Source: Tubulanus polymorphus (taxonomy: Eukaryota > Animalia > Nemertea). From it: DNA of 64,000 bases. The position numbers were made by a program, and so were the translations under genes. Under the pieces are notes generated by a model. That model made no database searches. It worked only from the letters and a program-made list of their open reading frames with translations, and was not told where the DNA came from. The stretch spans positions 6,666,485-6,730,484 of the forward strand of contig NC_134027.1 of NCBI RefSeq assembly GCF_964204645.1, in the 5' to 3' direction. Numbering within the stretch: position 1 is the stretch's first letter; each line of letters starts with the position of its first letter. Of the stretch, positions 40,201 to 54,152 are shown piece after piece.

Positions 40201-43200
40201 CGGCTTTCTTTAGATAAACATGGTGGTCCATTTGGCCAGAGCTAGTCAACCCTCCAGGACTAGGCGACAACAAACCACGAGTGCCACAGGAAGCACATAA
40301 ATCAACATTATGACCGTGGTCAGATATTGGATATGTGGGATATGTATTCATGGAACAATATATTCGTGCGAAAAGCAATTTTCCTCAAACAATAAATCTT
40401 GCAGAAGCTAGTTCATGTTAGCCAATGAAATCGTGACACTCCGAATGCATTTTTTAATACAAAGTCAGGGAAAAATGATCGTCGACGACCTTATGAAAAT
40501 CGAATAGTTGTGATAACAAAACTAAAACTAGACAAGGGCTTCATACTTTTTCGAAGTTCTTCGACCTAAGTGGGTGGCGACGATAAGGTTTCTCTAAAGG
40601 TGGGATGTTTTATGTTTGTAGGATACTTACAACGTAATTAGCTTCGTCAATCCAGTAAACGCGTGATGTTTGATTTCATAGATCAGGTTCTGTGATAGAT
40701 ACCTTCAAAGAGGATATTTTACAAGAAGTAGTTTGTGCAAACCAGAGCGTGTGATAAGTTGGGGAATAGCGCAAACATAAGAGATGGACACTCTCTCATA
40801 GAATTAACTTACGATCATTGTATTGATAGTTTTAAAACAGGACAAACCCGGGCTATTGCAGTGAAATTCCAGTACAACCCTGAGAGTGAAGAGGTATTGG
40901 CTAAATATAAAAAGCTCCTGGTTGCAAATCCCATATTTGATTACAGAGACACGTCCCTCTTAACCATAACCCAAATATTCATGAAACTGTACGCTTTTTG
41001 AGAAGCCGCGGTAGTACAAATGATCTCAACTTGTTCCTTATTAAGTGTAAATCAGACCATTTATAGTATATGATTGACTTCGTGAAATGTTTATCATTAC
41101 ATTATGTAGTTTTCAATTGCATTTTCCGTCGTCGGTCTTATAAGTAATTATCATTATTTTGCAATAAAAGAAAGATTTCTTTGCCAATAAAAAAGCCATT
41201 ATCTAATTAGATTAGGTTGACACCATTGGAGTATAATGTAGGTGAATTACTATGATTCCAATGGTGGGTTTTGACATCTAAAACTGATCATTTTATGTGT
41301 TACATTCGCGTCTAGGCTTCTGCAGTGTTATTCGTATTTTGTCTCTCATTTCTGAGGAAGTCTAAATGACGTAAGAAGCTGTACGAATGTCGTTGAATTT
41401 TGTTGATAACAATTTATATCCGGATGTGTTTCTTCATAGACTCTCCACACTAATGTCGTTTTGATCAATAAAGATATTTCTAAATCTAGATTATTTACGG
41501 TTGTTTGCTACAACTCCCGATTACCAAGGAGTTACGTGCATGCCATGTTTTTCATTCCTGCTTAGCGATCACTTACATGTAACTTAATGAATTGAGAAGA
41601 CTGAGGCCATCAGGGACTACAGTAATTCGATTCTTTTTCAGATCTCTGGAAAGAAAACTGTATAATTTTAGTATCGTGAAAAGAATTTTGTGTTAAATCA
41701 ATGAAACGGTTTAAATCAAGCCTTACTCAAGCCTATTTATAGCAGGATTGATTTCGATATAATTAAATGTTAATATGATTATAGAGAAATCTAAGATATC
41801 GAGTGTTTTCACGTTACATTTCTAATGTGGTCCTAATGCGATGCATTTAGAATCTCTTTTGATTATTATCATTTCATCGAATGTGTTCATTTATTATCTA
41901 ATACACAATTCTACTACTTCGGGCGGATTGATTCCTATCCAATTCAACCCGAATGAATCAAATCTTGCCATATTCCTATCACGGTGAGTTTCATCATGAC
42001 ATACACATATACATTGTATTCGACAGTGCGGTTTAACCCTGGGAAGTCGAACGTTCGCGCAAAAAGCACTGAATATTTTACTTACAGTGTGCGAAGGTGA
42101 TTAAGATGACGAAGGGCGTCAATAGGAATAGACATTAAGCTGTTTTCCGAGAGCATTCTGTAGATAAAGAAAAAAAATTTGAATTATTGCCAGGAGAAAA
42201 GAAATAACGATAGGAAATCCTTGAACTAACGGAATTGAAATTGATTTCATCCTTATTTGCCATGAGCAATCCTTGCTTTGCCCGGAGTAACTCGGAACCC
42301 AATTCCAGTTAAGCTCAGAATAAAAAATCAGTTTGTTTTCAAGGTTAGAACTGTGGAATCAGGTCGACTCGGATGTTAATCATCGGACCTATGAAATGAG
42401 ATTTTTTGTCCAATTAGGGCAACACTCACAGATCTGCCAAGTTTGGCGTCGTGGCAAAAATTTTATCGTCGATAACTTCTACTGCACATCGTCGGATGTT
42501 CCTGAAAAATTAATCGTATCATTATAAGCACATGGACAGAAATGATCGAATTATTCATTCTCGAAATGCTCGACCCTCCTATCCGCCGAAAATGTAGAGC
42601 ATTCTAAAAATCTTATAGATAGCTCACCCAACCGCCCAGAGGCTAGCTTGGATCAGTTATAATGCTGAAGCCCAATATACACGACGAACCATTTTTTCCC
42701 GCGAAACCAGGCATTTCATCTGAACGCACAAGGAGGGGGAACGCACGGAAACATGCTTATGTCTCGGTTTTCTGTGTTTCCGTGCGTCGTGTGTGTTGGG
42801 CTTTAAAAACTGGCGCTTTTATCTCGATCATCAGTCAACAGGATTAAACCCTTTGATGAAAATTAAGCGATTTCAACTCAAGAGTTGACTCTTAACTCAC
42901 AACTTTGAAACTGGGCCCAAAGCTAAAACTGGCTTTGGTTCATTCATCGAATCTAAATCTGTATGTAAATCGTTGTATCGCATCGAGTCTAAATCGAGTC
43001 ATGGTTTATTTCAATAAGCGCAAAAATCAACTTACAGACGTCTAAGACGCGACAATCCGGTGAATACCGCAGGGTCTCTTAACGTATCATTAAGCGGATT
43101 GGCCATCAAATTACTGCGAATAAAAACGATTCATTAGAAAAACCGGTTAGATTACACAAGCGCTTCTTAATCAAAATCTACGATAATACTGAAAATTATC

Positions 43201-45353
43201 CGGACCGAACCCATACATTTGTATCCAATATGCTATTGAAGGTGTTCATTTCATGTCGTATCATTCTATGGAATTTTTCCATAAAGACAGTAAAATCAGC
43301 ATTTCTCAAGAAGAAACAATTATGGAAATACTCACATAGTATGTAAGTTCTGCAGATTACGAAACGATCCCGGTTCGATGATATTTATCCTGTTAAAATC
43401 CAGTCGCCTGCGATAATGTATTAATTAAAGTAAGTTCTTTGTCACAAAAGCATTATCCATTACTTTTTATATATAACTTACAAAAATTGTAAGCTGGAGC
43501 ACTCCTTCAGTAATGTGTTATTGATTCGATTAAGCTGGTTTCCGGCAATTTCCCTGAAAAATTGGAAAAAAAAACTGGAATAGAAAACAGCTCGCCTCAT
43601 CACCAAATGTAAAAGTGATTTATAATTATCACGGAGATCAAATCAATTATCGAATCATACGTACAGAGTTATCAAATATCTAAGGCCTTTACAGATGTTG
43701 TCTGGAAGTGTTCCAATCATATTATCATTCAGATATCTGCAGAGAAAGTAACCAATTATAACCAATGTGAATAAAATAAAGTGACAAGAAATTCGTCTGA
43801 CCCATCACATGCCAGTTTCCGCCACGGTGATTGGCTGATATTAACTAATTGCGAAAGCGGGTGAGAGAGAATTTTATACTGATGAAGAGGTTTGGGTATT
43901 TTGTCAGAATCTGTTCGCCCGCTCCATGAGAAAACTGACATGAGAGTTATATATAATATTACGAGACTATTTTGCCTTCGTGATTTCTAAAAGTTCTACG
44001 TTATTCCATAAAGCACATAAGATGATCTACAGTTAGTAAAAAATCATTAATACAGTTTTATTGTACTGGTAATGATAGATGTACGTATACAGTATACTGA
44101 GTATTCAGTCGCGCGCTTTACCGCTCCAATAGCAGCCCCTTAATTAAGACCTTTATAAATCTTCCTCTAGATCCTACTTATTATCAATCTATGAAGCCTT
44201 GACAGAACAGATAGTTCGAGCAACAAGTATATTAAAAACAGCCACTATCGGCGGAGTTAGGTTTCTTGCGAATGAAAAATTAAAACGACACTTCAAACGT
44301 ATATTGATTTTTCATTAATCATGTCTCGGTACGTACCGTCTCATTGTGCCATTCATCAAAGTTTATTGAGATTGAAGCGCGACCTAAACATTGCCAAATA
44401 ACGACCACAATAAATTTCGCTAATTCAATCGATGAGTCCGTAAAGTCCCTGATGATCAATCATCAAATTCACCAGATATCGAAACAGTCTAAATTTAATT
44501 TTGGTTTCCGTGTCAACAATATAATGTAACTGGTGATACACGCGCAATCACACTAATTGTAGCCATTGTGGATTCTCAGATTGTCTTCGTTTCCAGGAAT
44601 CATCTTTCGAGGAAAAGGCTTTAATTGCTCGTAAACCCAATCTACTAGCTCTTGACTTTGCATCTCTACTTTATTTCAAATGGGGATCTCTGCACAGACA
44701 ACGTTTTGAAAACTTTAAAACTGATGTACTTACATTGATTCAATGTTGGGCAAATTACTAAAATCGATAGTGGAAACGTCGGTAATATCATTCCTTTGAA
44801 GATCTCTAGAATAGAATATTAAGCAAGTATTAGATAATTGACGAAGAGAATAAGATTCGTGATGTCTATGTTTTAAAAGGAATTTACTCACAAAATGAGC
44901 AGGCTTTCTTTGATTTTTTGTGGAATGCCAACTACTAACTCGCGGATGTCAGTTATTGAATTTCCGGCTAGATTGCTGAAAATTAAGGTGGTCAAACGTG
45001 CATTTTCTATCAAAAGAATGTTACTGTCATAGCTAAAGTCAAAGTAGAGCCGACAGGAAAAAAGTTATTTCGAACAGAAAACATGGTTTGAAATTCCTGT
45101 CTTAAACTTCCTGAGAAAGTCATGAATGTTGCATCACTTCGTGCATATACTTACATAGAATGGAGACTACGAAGGTGTCCTAAACTACTCATTTTCATTT
45201 GAGAAATGGAATTTTCTTCAATGTATCTACAGGAGAGAAACAATAAAATAAACAGCCTACGTATATTCTTCAAGTGCGTCTTGTAAATATGATAATGTTT
45301 TATTCGCGATTTAAATTAAAATATAAAGTAGCAGGAATAGACACAAAATAATG

Positions 45354-45388
<35 letters not shown>

Positions 45389-48300
45389 ACGCTGGGCGAC
45401 TGGTGAAGTTAACATAATTACCTGAAGGGCCCAGTCGCCCACACACTCACGTTCGTGCACATTCATACCCCATTCATTACCATTGAAAATATAGTTCCAT
45501 GACATTTGGTACTTTAAATTGAATCGATCAGAAATATGTAACAATCTAAACATATTGAGAAATGAAATACCTCTTTACAGTATTTCCAAAGGATGCGAGG
45601 GATTGACATGATTTCAGATTTTTTATGTACTGAGTTCCAGAGTTTTGGGCCTTTGTAGATTATTGTAAATTGTATATAGTTATTCTATAGATATTCATTA
45701 TTTGCATAGATGAATATGCATGATATGAGGTCTAAAGGTGATTCAAATGTACCTGGTATACGTGAGAAATGTACTTATATAAATAAGAATGCTAGACAAC
45801 ACATATTAGATCCTTATTTTATGCAAATGAAATGTTTCATGTTAGCCGCATCGCCACACAGGGATTAACGTGATGTGGGGCATGCGTTAATTGCTTGATT
45901 CTAACGGACTAAGGGAAAATCATCGACATCCACAAACCTGATATTATGAATATGATATTATCATATACCTATTACTAGAAGTAAAGTGAAAATTGTACCC
46001 TAGAAACTCCCTTTTCAGGTTGATTTCTCACTGTGTACGAGCGGCTTACAGTTTTAGTTTGTTTCTTTAGTTTGTTTCTGAATAGAAAGTATGATGTTCA
46101 AGCTCGCACTTCAAGGCTGGATTACCACGGAATACAGTAAATGACTAGCGTCACTCAGGAATTGCAAATGGAAATGTAAATGTTGCTTCCTTATTTGGAG
46201 ATATGTGAGTCGGCTAATTTTAGATATCGGTTAGAGCCTTATCAAATCTCAGAAGGTCACACCGTTAATTACACCTTGAGATCGGCAATTATTAACCAGT
46301 TACAGAACTGTTCTTTAAAGCAATGACCTCAAACCTAACCTTGCATGTATAAGTAATTAATATTAGATTAGCTCATATGAGATTGGATCGGATGAGAGAT
46401 GAGATGAGGTAAGGTGTATAACGACTTAAACATAGCATATTTGTATACTCGCGAGACATTCTTTTCTTGCGGTCGTTCGTCTTTGCTGATGCCATTCACG
46501 TAACAGGCATTCGAGAAAATACACCGATTTATACGGAGTGCGCGTTATGATGGTACATTGATTGAAGAAGTTGCAAAATTGTGACGTCGAATGGCCTCAA
46601 CGTTATCTGCCCATGAATATCATCGCACAGCTCGTGGAACGATGATCGTTCTTTTTCCAGGAAAGCGCACGAACCCAATGAAGTGCCACATAGGGTATCA
46701 TATATAGTTCGAAAGTTGGAAACGGTTATTTCAAACTGAAGGCCATCGTCTCCAAGGTGAGAAGCTAGATTCTCAGTTAATTACCGGAAGTGGGAGGAAA
46801 TTGCAACGACACTTATCATTCTGATCTTTCTACCGGTAAATCAATAGATGACACATCGATCCAAAACAGTTTCTAAACCCATCCCAATCTTTGAATTTGA
46901 AGATAGACAAAAAATAACCCAACTTGTTCAATCATTGGGAGACCATCTCTGCAAAATGTGACTTCCTCCTATTTGGCCATAAACATCTTACTTTAAATAG
47001 AAATATTCAGTTATCATCAATAACCTCCAACTTCATATCGAATTACAATAAGCCATCTATGTATTTATCAATATATCCATCCATCTATCTATCTATTCAA
47101 TACGTATTTTTACGTCTTGCATGAAGCTTATAAGGCGTATGTAATTTTTGATAAAATGTTTTTCCTCTTGAAATAGATATTGAAAAATCTTTCAATTAAA
47201 ATAAAGCAAGATACAAAGCACACAAGCTGAGGGCAGGCAGCGTTACTGAAAGCGTACACCGATGCCTTTTGTAACGTGAAATTGATTTTGACTTTTACTT
47301 TTCAACCCGAGGAGCTTTTACATCTGACATAAGCAGTTTAATTCCATTTACGTGAATGTGAATAATACGTATAGAATTACGGGGTTTATGGTTTTTTTTG
47401 TGCAGAAAAAAAGATTAAATTATGAAAAAAAAAACAGTATTCCTATTAGAATTGCGAATCGGTTTCACTATTGCCCATAAAGTTATCAAGATCAAAAGAG
47501 GATTTCTAGGCAGACGTGCAGATAATCAAATTTAGATTGTTAATTGTTTAATCAACAGTTAGCTTGAACTAAAGAAAAATTGATTTCTAATTAATGTTCT
47601 CCAGTTTATCATCGGACAGGAACTAATCACTTCTGATAGAGCATATAATGAGACAATTAATTATACGTTAATCGTGTTGAAGGATAAACTTTGCTTTTGC
47701 CATCAATTAAAAAATCACAAGGGAAAAGGATTTCTATTTCTGTTCATCGTTTTTTTTTCTGGCGATTTCGAAACTGTCAGAAATTAAACCATTACATCAA
47801 TTGCAAGATCAATTTATCAAAATTATCATTTTATCAAAAAAGTGAGGGCAACACCACGACAAGCTAGTGATTTAATATGTTTGATAATTCTGGTTGAATG
47901 AATTAACGCGGAAAAATGAACTTCTATTAAAGTGATTATGTTTCTGGGAGCTACAGAAAAATAGAAATAATTGTCGTCAGGATAATGCTGTATCAAAATC
48001 AATGGTCTGATATACCAGTGCGTTGTATTCACTTAATCAAATCGGGGACGATCCAGTAGTTTGAAATGAAGTCCTAAAACATTCTAATGCCTCTTCGAAT
48101 TTTCCTCTTCCAATGGAACGCCGTAACAATTTCCGCGAAAAGGTCAGTCGCAAGAGTCATATATAGCGAAAGACATACACATAAATTGGCCACAGATATA
48201 TATCGCTTTTTGCTGAATACAAATTGTCCCATCTCGTTTACCTGCAAAGATGACCCGGTTCGTAAATGATGAGAAATGGCAACTAATTGCAGGGATTGGT

Positions 48301-51300
48301 GGTAACGTTGGGCGGAAATTGGAGCTGTTCTTACGTAAATTAATCACTATGCTAGTCAATCTTCTCATAGAGACGAACAAAAACGTAAGTTCCTGTCAAC
48401 ATAGAGGGAATTTACTGCGATATGTAATGCCACTGACTCGAGGCGACATGGGATGTCATCGCATCAACCTTTGTTTATACACATTTCTCGTCAACCGAGC
48501 TGCTATAGACATTGTATGCGTTCTCAAAATGTCTACTAATTGGTTATAAATTACTGGCAAAATGAAGATTTGGATTGAACTTTTTTACATGATGTCAGCT
48601 CAAGGATTTTATCGGGATTCCGTTGCCAAGTTAAGCAAGGATTCATTGCCTCAAAAGGATGTTATCATGTACATTGAACACCGTTCATTGACGCATTATA
48701 ACATTCGAAGATATCGAACTGGGATCATTTGTCTCTAAAGCCCCAGATAACGAATGGAATATTATCGCCATTAGGTATCAACTAACAAAGACATGTCGGG
48801 CATAGGTACGGAAGCGTACATAGGACAACCATTGAACTATTGCCGTTATTGCGGGCCAAGTCAAAATTATTTCAACACTAATCCACATTCTTAACTATCA
48901 TTGGTAGGCTCTAATGTTGCTTATGGGGACCGGTCTCTTCGTCTTCAACTTCGGCTGGAAGCGACCGAACCTTGGCGAAGCGAGGATGAAATATATTGTA
49001 GGTCTGTATACTGAAAATGCGTGCGATGATCTCCATTTATGATTCTAGGACAAAAGACGTTACAGTGCATTAAATTCTCGGTCGCTTTGGAGGTGTGGAA
49101 ACAACAGATTGGAATACATTGCGACATCGAGCGTTAAATCAACAGACGCAGACGAAGAACAATCAGACTTCATTAGAGCGTGGGTATTTTCCATCGAGAG
49201 ATCGCATTTTGATTATCGAAGAAAACACCACAAGATGCTTCAACAAGTTTGTTCGCGATACTTTATCGCTAGAAACTTTGTGTCTATTTCGCGACGCCAC
49301 GATTCGGGTGATATACCATCGATTTACTCGTGGAAACAACACAATTAAAGAAATTGAAAAAATGCATTTAAGATAATGAACTGAGTATTTGTATGGATCT
49401 CCCGTCTTTTGGTATTTCCATGCACAAACTGTCCGATTGTGTATGTGTGAACAAGCTGCTTTTGATTCGTTGGCAGTGATCAATGTGACCAATTGGAAAT
49501 AATGATTGGCTTTCGGCATTTCATTCTTTCAAGCTTTTGGCCACAATGGAACCGGTAGTACATAGCAATCCATCGCATTACAGCTACATTTTATTATCAG
49601 ACTGAGGTTCCAGATCCGATGGAACGTATCAGGGTTATCGAATATGTCCACGGTTCTTTTCCCAGTTATGAACTAATTATTCAATATGGCAATACTGCCG
49701 TATCGTAAACCGGGGCTTTCTGCAACACTCCGTCAAAACTTATTTTTCTGGGGAAACCAATTTTCCCAATTTGAATGTCTAGGATACGATCAGTTTGATG
49801 GACTTTATATATTTGTTGAAACTGAACATCAACATTGTCTTAGCAACTGACTTAATAGTCCATGTCACTTTAGATAGATCATAATAATAGGTAAATACCA
49901 CTGTCATATTAATGATTCGATAACATCCGAAGTGTTAGAACGTAATTATAAAGCTCAATTAAAATCATGACGATTTACCCATATCAGCTAATGAAATATG
50001 ATCGTTTGAACAATGGAGAAAAAAGATGAAGTTGCGTTCCACGAGTAGCATGCCTTACTACACGACCTGATCCCCGACAAAGACACCACCGCACTGTAAG
50101 AATAGAAAAACCGTTACCCTGGAGTATCGATGACAACAGGTTGTCGCTGTAATTACACCGGCTTATGTAAAGATCGAAAAGTACGCGTAAAAAATGTCTG
50201 CCGCCATAGCGCAGGATGACGCGTATGGAGATCTCAACACCTGCCGATAGCCATCCTTCATTTTTGTTTTATTCAAGTGTCAATTCTTAATCTTATAGAC
50301 GCGACATGCTTAAGCGGGTCAAAACAAATTTATGCGTATGATCTACTGCATTACTTCTTCTTTCGACTTATATCATTTGATTTATATACATGCATTTTCA
50401 ACACAGTTAATTCGTTCATTCGAACAATGGTGTCTGAAGAATGCCGAACACGCATAAAATGTACATCGCATTGTTTAGATCAAATACAGAAAAATCATCC
50501 AATCGAAAAATTAAGATTCGTTAATCTCTCCTGCAGACTACTTGGAAACAGCTCTCTTCTCTATCACCGCCGGTTATGTTATACGTCGTTATTAGGATCA
50601 AATTGATGTGTGATCTAAAGCTTGGACAGTACGGGGATCATATTAATCGTGATGCGGTAGTCTTTAAAATGTAATATCTATCTATTTGTGGAAACAAGTA
50701 AAGATCTGACAAAGAGACGCACCCACATTCTGCATGATACATACACGAAAGGCAATAAAATTGAGTCAAACTTGATGAATTATACGGGCGATCATAAAAA
50801 TTACATCTGTTACTTTATGGAATATTAAGCATTAAGTATTAAGGTAGCATATGCATGTTTGTATTGGTCAGAGATATCTATGATACATCAAATGTTCGTG
50901 TGGGAATACTGTTTCATATGAAAATGAACTCTGTGCCGAATGCATAGTGAATATGAATATCTAACTTACTATTTCAAGGACCAATCTGAAGGCAATATGG
51001 TAATTCAACAATATATAGATAGTATGAAATGATAGATTTTTCATATCTCAAAGAAGAAATCTTCTCACGGAGGAAAATACAAAGCCAACAAAAATACTTT
51101 GAAGTCTTGCCTAATGCTTGATTGCATTGTCCTTTTCATTGTCTTCCGTGGATCAAATTTTCCAAGGAATAAAGTATCACATTTAGGCGACGGTTAGACT
51201 GCATCTGTTATTTTATCTGTCACGCACGCACAACTTTGAATCCGTGTGATAGTTTAAGGGCAGTAAATGACACATTCGTTTACCATATTATTGTGTGGTT

Positions 51301-54152
51301 ACAGCTGCAGGGGCGGATCCAGAATATAAAGGAGAGGCGCTCCGCTGGCCTACCGCCAGATAATTTTAGAAAATTAGTCTCTTTTTCATGCAATCTGAGT
51401 GTATTTAGGCACTGCATGACCATTTCATTCATACATTCGAAATGTACCCTTGACTTTGATAAGTAACATTAAACAACTGAAAATAGATTATACGATGGAA
51501 ATTTACCAACGGGGGGTGCTCTAGTACTGTACCCAACGCACCCCTGGATCCGCGCCTGAGCTGGATCTGGTGTGCTTCATCAATGCGGTCCGTCATCAGA
51601 CTATCAATTAAAGAGGTACGCGGTAATAATGCCAGAAGTAAAAATGCCAGGGGTGTAGAAATGCCAGAGATAAAAATGCCAGGGGTGTAGAAATGCCAGA
51701 GGTAAAAATGCCAGAGGAAATAGGGAAGGGTAAATTGATTCCATTTTTATGAGAAACAAGTATATCAAAACTTATAAACTATTCATCAAATTGTTGCTTT
51801 GATGTAATGAATTACAGCAAACTGACTCGTCGGAAACTTTCTGATTTCAATTATAATACCTATTATTATATCTAGAGATATGCTTTATTTGAACTGTGTA
51901 TTCAATATGTAAACTCAAAACTCTGTGCATTAATTTGTTAATATTCATAAATTTAGAAAAGCGTTATATATTTCTTGCTATGTCAGACTTTATTTTACAA
52001 ATTTGTGATTCTCTTTGTTCTATAAATTTGTCACTCATTTTTTTTTTTTTTTATGATCATAGGAATATGTTTTGTATATTGTATATCTAAAATGTGCATT
52101 CATTACGTAAAATCTAGTATAAATAAGAATATCAGGTCCAATGTTAATGAAATCTTCGCTTAATTTCCCTCATATTTCCTTCTGGCATTTTTACCTCTGG
52201 CATTTTTACCTATGAAGTGATTTTTACTTCATGCATTTTTACTTCTGGCATTATAACCTGGATTCAATTAAATATGTTTCATTTTTTGTTGAGAGGCGGA
52301 CAGCAAGTACCGCTAAAAAGGCAAAGGTCGGAATACATCGATATACTCGATTAATTTGACATTTGCCATGCCCGTTCCATAAACTCATCTAGCTGTATGA
52401 ATTCTACCAGCCACTAAATTCATAGACATAAATCTTCCGAGATGCTTTCATGGAATTAAATGAAAAGGTTTTCGCATTTCAAGTATGATAATAAAATACG
52501 AGTAAACGATTTTTAGAACTTCGCAACATCTTCCCAGGAGATAGACCCCGGAAATAAAGTGAATTCGTATCATGACAGGTACACACCGTACGATAACCCC
52601 TAGCCGTTATTCAATTAGAATAATGTATCATATACACCACACCTGTTACAAGCTTTAAATCAGATTTGATAACATAAGTCCGTACTGATTAAGCCTTTGT
52701 TTTGGATATGATATTATGGGCCACGTATATCTCCTATTATTTTGTAGATAGTTCCCTGAGTGCAGAATTTTACGTTGTTGCCTGGTTTTCACTTTCGAGT
52801 AAACTATAGCTAGTCCAACTGAGGGTGTCATAAATCTGAATATGCGTGAAAAATATAATTTTGAGTTATTTCTGCATTGGGGTTTTGGTTACGGTCGAAC
52901 TGATGGAAACATTGTTTCGATTTTTCTGGGATTCAAACATGATAACAAGTCGTTTGCAACCTGGAGAGACATTTACCTTACTCTACCGATATCTTCTTGG
53001 CGTGGGGCGTCGGGGCATCTAAAGCCATAGCTCAGAGTAGGAATTTTTATCAACGAATCTCGCAAAAATATAGATATGATTTATCTTTATATTCTCGTAG
53101 TACCCTGATTATTGATTTGGTTACGCGTACGGTGTGAGTGGGAGGATGATTAACTATCATCAGAGGCGCAATTCTGGGACAGATCTCAGAATTCCAAACT
53201 ATTTATTTCCCTGTGGTAACTGTTACCCACAGCTGTGGAACTACGGTCCACGGTACACACAATGTTATCCAGGGACGCGCACTGCCATTTCAATCATTAG
53301 GGGTGTGTCAGTGTCCATTTTTCTGACGGTTTAAATGATCTTTCTTTACAATCGACGAACATCCTTCCGTAATCAAGTACGTAGTTTATGGACCGACGAT
53401 GGGAAACGCACCAATTATTCCATTATGTTTGATTTACGCATACGTCGCCCGATTCGAAAACCGAGAACATCAAAACTGGGTTAGCTACAAACGTTTGCAT
53501 CGGAAATGCGCTAAGAAAATGAAAATGCTCACTTCGAAAAACTATGAACATATTATGTTTTTTAGCGACTAAATCTGCTATGAAAACCCCACAAGCAGCA
53601 GAATACCCAACTAAATATTTGATGTTCGTTCTGTTTATGTGGAGATGAAGGAACCTAAGTTGGGTGAATGTCGTAGTAAAGAGTACGCGTTATCAAATCA
53701 CCGTCAAAGCTTCGATATCCTGTATAATAACTCGTTGATAGTTACACCGAATTGTTTTGATAAACTTACGCTGAATTCGTAAATTGGGGCGATGAGAAAT
53801 CCTTTTAAAATCTCCGCTCATCCCAGAATAATAGCCCTGACACTTTGAGAATCAATCAGTCCCAACTTAAAGAAATAGAATATAATACGCTATCCAACAC
53901 CATAAAAAATACATATATCTATACTCACAAGTGTTTGGTAATGTCTGGAATGTTTGAAAGCACCGAATCAACATTTTCACTACCGATAAAGCTGCAATTC
54001 GTAATGAAACCTTCGTGGCCCACTGGCCGACATGTACAACCGTTCGGGCAATTTAGTTTCTCGGCTGTTACGGCCGAAACAACTTTTAACAGAAGAAAAA
54101 TCGCTAAAAAGTCGAATAGCGACCATTTCGGGCGATACGAATTCACGATCAT
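34264..54152 (-). CDS. Receptor tyrosine kinase: signal peptide, LRRNT, 12 LRRs, LRRCT, EGF-like, 3 ephrin-receptor-like Cys-rich repeats, TM, FGFR/RET-like kinase; 27 exons, about 1077 aa
   Basis: Exons: 54152-53929 (signal peptide and LRRNT CPNGCTC). LRR exons 45226-45155, 44975-44892, 44805-44734, 43736-43665, 43553-43482, 43407-43336, 43113-43036, 42501-42430, 42157-42086, 41645-41577, 40702-40631, 39887-39810. LRRCT 39664-39492 ([12 protein letters not shown]). EGF-like 39249-39115. Cys repeats 39022-38858, 38446-38303, 37741-37544 (CPxGxY/CPINSY). Linker 37366-37289. TM 36817-36687. Kinase and tail 36330-36117, 36015-35905, 35756-35542, 35145-35023, 34947-34739, 34565-34460, 34386-34264 ([39 protein letters not shown]). 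All phases are compatible (3234 nt). Confidence 0.92.
37407..37422. repeat. (AG)n microsatellite
   Basis: agagagagagagagag. Confidence 0.8.
42871..42918. mobile_element. Probable truncated end of a Harbinger-like MITE in an RTK intron
   Basis: Short internal repeats (aactca, gagttgactc) end in gaaactgggccc, which resembles the caactggccc terminus at 33424-33433. No matching left arm was seen. Confidence 0.35.
45355..45386. repeat. (TA)n microsatellite
   Basis: Perfect TA run of about 15 units. Confidence 0.9.
51308..51558. mobile_element. Non-autonomous DNA transposon (MITE), 251 bp
   Basis: TIRs caggggcggatccag and ctggatccgcgcctg match at 14 of 15 positions. Flanked by the direct repeat agctg (51303-51307 and 51559-51563). 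Confidence 0.8.
51613..52263. mobile_element. Foldback/Mutator-like non-autonomous DNA transposon with tandemly repeated subterminal arms
   Basis: The left arm carries repeated aaaaatgccag(a/g) units and the right arm the inverted ctggcattttt units. The segment taatgccagaagtaaaaatgc is matched exactly in inverted form. A 9-bp direct repeat tcaattaaa lies at 51604-51612 and 52264-52272. The interior is AT-rich and non-coding. Confidence 0.8.

Noticed and set aside
41221-41266. Hairpin caccattgga...tccaatggtg in an RTK intron
   Set aside because: Only a 10-bp perfect stem, single copy in the window, and no TSD or miRNA evidence.
46400-50606. ORFs of 60-118 aa in RTK intron 1 as a nested gene or extra LRR exons
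   Set aside because: No LxxLxLxxN pattern, recognisable domain or consistent splice structure.
51625-51720. Regular aaatgccag repeats resembling a CRISPR array
   Set aside because: The units are about 15 bp with no unique spacers and are mirrored by an inverted array at 52180-52255, so this is a transposon arm in eukaryotic DNA.
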